Assembly: GCA_963753975.1 (NCBI GenBank)
Contig: CAVWEH010000005.1
Location: forward strand, 640,001 to 704,000
Direction: 5' to 3'
Source: an uncultured delta proteobacterium
GTDB taxonomy: Bacteria > Desulfobacterota > Syntrophia > Syntrophales > Smithellaceae
Length of the DNA stretch: 64,000 nt
How positions within the stretch are numbered: position 1 is the stretch's first letter; every line of letters begins with the position of its first letter. The notes under the pieces were generated by a model. That model did no database searches and was not told the DNA's origin. It saw only the letters and a program-made list of their open reading frames with translations. The translations under genes were made by a program, and so were the position numbers. Shown piece by piece: positions 59,877 through 64,000 of the stretch.

Positions 59877-60713
59877 TTAAATAAAATCATGCAAAGTTGT
59901 AAAACAAAATCTCACGCCAATATAAGATAACAAGAAGAGAATAAAAACGGCGCAGGAAACTACAGCCATTCGGAAACCTTTCCAACCTATGGCGAGCCGC
60001 TGATGCAGAAGAAATCCGTAAATAATCCAGGCGCTGAATGTCCAAATAATTTTTGGGTCTGCCGGCCAACCTCTCTCCCAGGCAAATCCCGCAAAAACCG
60101 CTCCGGCAACAATACCTACGGTCAAAACGGGGAACCCCCAGAGCAGGCAAATATGATTAATCTTGTCCAGATCGCTAAGCGAAGGCAATAACCTGCTCAT
60201 CGAGCTCAGTTTCTTATGCTTCAAGAGACCATTTTGAATTATGAACATTGCTCCCGCGCAGGAGGCAAGAACAAATAAAACTCCCCCGACGATCGTTAAA
60301 GCCAGATGAGCCATAGTCAGCCAGTTTCGTAACCCTTCCGGCAGCAGAGATTTGCCCGTTTGGTATCCGGCAGCTGCAATAATAAAAAACAAAATGAAAG
60401 GAGAAATAAAGGCGCCCAACGATCTTGTTTTGGTTCTAAATTGCAGGGCAAGATAAACTCCACTTGCCGACCAGGCGCAAAAAGAGAAGAAAGCGCGCGA
60501 ACCGAGGTTATGAAATCCGGCTGAACTGATGACCGCGAAGAATAAATAGAAGGTGATAAAGCCGAAAGCAATGGCCAAAATCCAGGTGGAAATTTTGGCC
60601 AGCATAATTCTTTTTACAAGCAATGAAAGCGAATATCCGGCAACGGACAGAGCACACAGGACAAAGGCAATTTTAAATAAAATAAGCTCTGTGTTAATTA
60701 AACTCAATTTCAA
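59877..60713 (-). CDS. CcsA/HemX-like cytochrome c assembly membrane protein
   Basis: Multiple TM; LPSL..LD, W..DPK...W; located between sirC and hemA. Confidence 0.85.
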   Translation of the reverse strand: MKLSLINTELILFKIAFVLCALSVAGYSLSLLVKRIMLAKISTWILAIAFGFITFYLFFAVISSAGFHNLGSRAFFSFCAWSASGVYLALQFRTKTRSLGAFISPFILFFIIAAAGYQTGKSLLPEGLRNWLTMAHLALTIVGGVLFVLASCAGAMFIIQNGLLKHKKLSSMSRLLPSLSDLDKINHICLLWGFPVLTVGIVAGAVFAGFAWERGWPADPKIIWTFSAWIIYGFLLHQRLAIGWKGFRMAVVSCAVFILFLLSYIGVRFCFTTLHDFI

Positions 60714-61335
60714 CCTCCGTGCCCGTGATTTTCTTTACAAGCATCTTCACCTTCTTCCATTTTTTTCCCTTTATAATGTCAAGTATCCCCGCAGCCAATA
60801 AGGATGTAAACCAATCTTTCCCCACACCGGAATTTTTTGCCATTTTGGTTCTCAGGCTCCCTAAAATGTTGAGAAAAATTTCATATTCTTTTCCATATTG
60901 GGATTCGAGCTCTTCGCGTAGATGCTTCGCCAGTGCCGGACTTTTGCCGCCGGTTCCTATAGCGATTGTCAGATCTCCTCGCTCCACAACGGAGGGCAAA
61001 ATAAAATCGCTTTTTTGCGGATCGTCAACAATATTTACGGGGATGCCTTTATTGCCGGCATCGCCGCATATTGCGGCATTAGTTTTTTCATCATCAGTCG
61101 CCCCCACAACCAAAGCGGCCCCATAAATATATTCACTGGAGTAATCCTTAGCAATGTGGCTAATCACATTTTCGTGGGCGAGCCGGGTAAGCTCTGGTGT
61201 CAGTCGGGAGCTGATGATAAATACTTTAGCACCGCTCTCCAAAAGCCTTTTTACTTTTCTTTCCGCAACTTCACCGCCGCCGACGACGATGCATTTCTTG
61301 CCGGCAACATTCCAAAAGACAGGGTAATATTTCAA
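60694..61335 (-). CDS. precorrin-2 dehydrogenase / sirohydrochlorin ferrochelatase (CysG N-terminal/SirC)
   Basis: YYPVF, VVGGGEVAERK, ATDD, NIVDDP, GTGGKSPALA; TTG start inferred. Confidence 0.92.
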   Translation of the reverse strand: MKYYPVFWNVAGKKCIVVGGGEVAERKVKRLLESGAKVFIISSRLTPELTRLAHENVISHIAKDYSSEYIYGAALVVGATDDEKTNAAICGDAGNKGIPVNIVDDPQKSDFILPSVVERGDLTIAIGTGGKSPALAKHLREELESQYGKEYEIFLNILGSLRTKMAKNSGVGKDWFTSLLAAGILDIIKGKKWKKVKMLVKKITGTEVEIEFN

Positions 61336-61524
61336 TGTTTTCCTTTCTGTTGCTGTTGGGATACGCTTATCAGCCCGGTTCGGCGAAACTACCACGAAGG
61401 GGGGTAAAATACAAGCCGGGGGATTTGTACAAAAGTGTCGAGCGAGACATGCTTAAGTATCAGCCCGCTTGAATTATTGCCCGAAACAAGCTATATGATT
61501 TTTACGAGAAGCAAAGGATTTTTC

Positions 61525-62466
61525 ATGGCAAGAAAAGAACCGGAAAAATGGCTGAAAATGGAAATATCTGCACCCGTGGAACTCATGGATGCTCTCGGAA
61601 ATTTTCTTACCGAAACAGGTGCCCAGGGCGTATTTCAAGAAACACTGGAGCCTCAAACCGCTGGTGACTTTCCCGAATCGACGGACCAGGAAATACTCCA
61701 AGCCTATTTTCCTCAAGATGCGCGCTCTGAAAAAAGAATCATCGCTGTGCAAAAATATATGGAAAGCGTGCGCGAAATATTTCCCGGTATAAGAAGACCG
61801 TCCCTGAAAACGGAAGTCATCAGCGATCCGGATTGGGGCGAACAATGGAAAAAATATTTCAAGCCGATAAGGGTAAGCAACAATATAATCGTTAAACCGA
61901 CATGGGAAAGATATTCTCCTTCGAGCCGCGATATTGTAATTGAAATTGATCCGGGCATGGCCTTCGGCACCGGTCAGCATGCTTCCACCAGAATGTGCAT
62001 AGAAGCCCTCGAAGATATAATCATGAAAGATCGTTCCGTCGAATCATGGAAAGTGCTGGATGTCGGCTGCGGCACAGGAATACTGGGTATTACCGCCGCC
62101 AAACTTGGAGCACAGGACGTTATCAGCGTGGATATCGATAAAAAAGCCGTGGAAATCGCCCGCGAAAACGCCGCAATCAATCAGGTGAACGACCGCTTAA
62201 GATTTTTCAACCGTGATGTTACAACCATCAACGAACCGCGCAATTTAATTATCGCCAACCTTACTGCTAAATTGCTCTTAATCTTGAGAGAGCATTTGAC
62301 AAATTTACTTCTCGCGGACGGTTACTTGATCATCTCCGGCATTATTGAACAGGATACTAAAAGCATCGAAGAGAATTTTTCTGTCGCATCGTTCAGCCAA
62401 AGCAAAGTAATCACGGAAAAAGAATGGGTTTGCTATGTGCTCAGAAAAAAATCAGCAACTGTTTAA
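61525..62466 (+). CDS. prmA: ribosomal protein L11 methyltransferase
   Basis: DWGEQWKKYF, IDPGMAFGTGQHASTRMC, LDVGCGTGIL. Confidence 0.95.
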   Translation: MARKEPEKWLKMEISAPVELMDALGNFLTETGAQGVFQETLEPQTAGDFPESTDQEILQAYFPQDARSEKRIIAVQKYMESVREIFPGIRRPSLKTEVISDPDWGEQWKKYFKPIRVSNNIIVKPTWERYSPSSRDIVIEIDPGMAFGTGQHASTRMCIEALEDIIMKDRSVESWKVLDVGCGTGILGITAAKLGAQDVISVDIDKKAVEIARENAAINQVNDRLRFFNRDVTTINEPRNLIIANLTAKLLLILREHLTNLLLADGYLIISGIIEQDTKSIEENFSVASFSQSKVITEKEWVCYVLRKKSATV

Positions 62467-62518
62467 TTGCGAAACTTTTTAAACTTAAACGCTTCTATTA
62501 AGCAAAGGAAAGCCGGCT

Positions 62519-63292
62519 TTGACCATTACCAGAATTTATTGTCCTGATGCCATAAAAAGTAAAAAAATTTGCGAACTGGGACCGGACAATTATAAATATT
62601 TGAAACAAGTATTGCGCTTAAAGCCGGGCAATAAAATAAATGTATTTGACGGCTGCGGTCATGAGTTCGCTGCAGTAATTAAAAGTTTTTCCCCCGGTGG
62701 AGTTTGCGTAGAGTTGGGGGAAAAAATTTCAGCCCCCGGTAAAGGAATCCGGATCTCTTTGGCGCAAGCCATACCCAAAGCAAATAAAATGGATTTGATC
62801 GCGAAGAGTGCTGCCGAATTGGGCGCGGACGTAATAATTCCTTTTACGGCGGCGCGCTCAGTTAGCCGCATTGCCGGCGACAAGGAGCTGGCCAAAATCG
62901 CACGCTGGCAAAAGATTGTGCGGGAAGCGGCACGCTGCTGTCGCAGCAGTCAAATGACGGAAGTTTATCCTCTTAAGTCATTCGTATCCATGATTAAGGA
63001 TGCAGATGGACCTTTTCTCAAAATGATTTTTTGGGAAGAAGAATCGCAAAAAAGCATCAAGGACGTGCTTACCGATAAAAAAATAAATTCCATAAGAGAT
63101 TTTTTTATTGTTGTCGGACCGGAAGGCGGCTTTTCCAAAGACGAAGTAATCCTCGCAAAAGGGGCCGGTTTTATTTCTGTTTCGTTAGGCAGGCAAATTC
63201 TAAAAGTCGAAACAGCGGCAGCGGCAATAATTTCCATTATCCAATATGAAAAAGGAATCTTTAGTAATAGATCAAAGGAGGTTAATAAATGA
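62519..63292 (+). CDS. rsmE: 16S rRNA m3U1498 methyltransferase
   Basis: VLRL, ELGA, VGPEGGFS, LGRQILKVETAA. Confidence 0.93.
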   Translation: MTITRIYCPDAIKSKKICELGPDNYKYLKQVLRLKPGNKINVFDGCGHEFAAVIKSFSPGGVCVELGEKISAPGKGIRISLAQAIPKANKMDLIAKSAAELGADVIIPFTAARSVSRIAGDKELAKIARWQKIVREAARCCRSSQMTEVYPLKSFVSMIKDADGPFLKMIFWEEESQKSIKDVLTDKKINSIRDFFIVVGPEGGFSKDEVILAKGAGFISVSLGRQILKVETAAAAIISIIQYEKGIFSNRSKEVNK

Positions 63293-63897
63293 CCATTTAT
63301 AAATTTGCCGGTTTTTGGCGGCGGTTCGTAGCCTACCTAATCGACAGCACTATTATCGCCATTGTTTTCTTTGTTCTATTTACGATCGCTATGGTGGCCT
63401 TTTTATTTGGCGTCATGTCCGTTGATAGCAGCGAATGGCTTGCTGATTTGGCGGATCCCACAAAATTATTTTCCATGTCCATTCTTATTTTGATGCTTTT
63501 AATCGCTCTAATGATTGCCTATTTTACTTATTTTCACGGCACTACCGGACGCACACCGGGCAAGATGCTCCTCGGCTTGCAGGTAATTTCCGTTGATGGA
63601 GCGCCGATAACTTATGGTATCGCTTTTTTAAGAGCGGTAGGCTATCTGGTTTCTAGTTTATTATTTACGATTCCGGTTGGCTTTATCTGGGCTGCTTTCG
63701 ACAAGAAAAAACAAGGCTGGCATGACAAGATTGCCGATACGGTCGTAATCATCAGGGAACAGGAAAATCAAAGTGCCGGCATATCCATTCCCGATCAACC
63801 GGCAATTCTACCAGCGCCGCAACATGATGACATAAGACCTGAAGACATTAAAGAGCAAACGAACGGGCCGGGTCAAATGCCGGGAAACAATAGCTAA
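63289..63897 (+). CDS. RDD family protein
   Basis: AGFWRRFVAYLID, GRTPGKM, QGWHDKIADT. Confidence 0.92.
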   Translation: MTIYKFAGFWRRFVAYLIDSTIIAIVFFVLFTIAMVAFLFGVMSVDSSEWLADLADPTKLFSMSILILMLLIALMIAYFTYFHGTTGRTPGKMLLGLQVISVDGAPITYGIAFLRAVGYLVSSLLFTIPVGFIWAAFDKKKQGWHDKIADTVVIIREQENQSAGISIPDQPAILPAPQHDDIRPEDIKEQTNGPGQMPGNNS

Positions 63898-64000
63898 CCG
63901 AGAGGCAAGCACGCGTAAGCAGCAAAAAGACCTTGACAAAGAAAGTCATATTTTATAGACGATTGCAGCCTTTGCCAGGTTAAATAAATCCGGCGGGTCG

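Noticed and set aside
63933..64000. TTGACA box and GGCGGGTCG at the window edge, possibly the start of a tRNA gene
   Set aside because: Truncated by the window end and cannot be supported.
1..64000. CRISPR arrays, rRNA, tRNA-Sec or sel genes, intact transposases/integrases, alternative genetic code (UGA=Trp/Gly)
   Set aside because: None were seen. Many conserved genes end normally in TGA, and the internal TGAs are confined to Cys-like sites with hairpins, which favours Sec over code reassignment.

Overview
A 64 kb chromosomal segment that looks like an anaerobic Desulfobacterota (Syntrophales/Smithella-like) bacterium; this taxonomy is inferred from gene content only. The left 25 kb is a sulfur/redox island. 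It holds a NifU-Mrp / NifX / MBL / CoA-persulfide reductase-rhodanese / rhodanese cluster and an operon for a MerB-like protein with Fe-S and FAD oxidoreductases. It also holds a CsoR-family-regulated NrfD-NrfC-multiheme cytochrome-rhodanese operon and a convergent MtrA/MtrB porin-cytochrome operon with its own NrfC/NrfD pair. The middle is a patchwork of accessory genes and gene remnants. The right end is housekeeping: kefC/kefF, polA, the siroheme-dependent (Ahb) heme pathway, prmA and rsmE. The main signal missed by the ORF track is six in-frame TGA codons in five genes. Each TGA is followed 9-13 nt later by a SECIS-like hairpin, and five of the six sit at recognisable catalytic Cys positions. 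Reading them as Sec gives a 606-aa, 17-heme selenocytochrome (15419-17239), a MerB-like protein with both catalytic Cys replaced by Sec (7298-8002), and Sec forms of a peroxiredoxin-like, a DsbA/FrnE-like and a C-GCAxxG-C-C protein. No sel machinery genes are in the window. Several genes carry single-base insertions that look like sequencing error.
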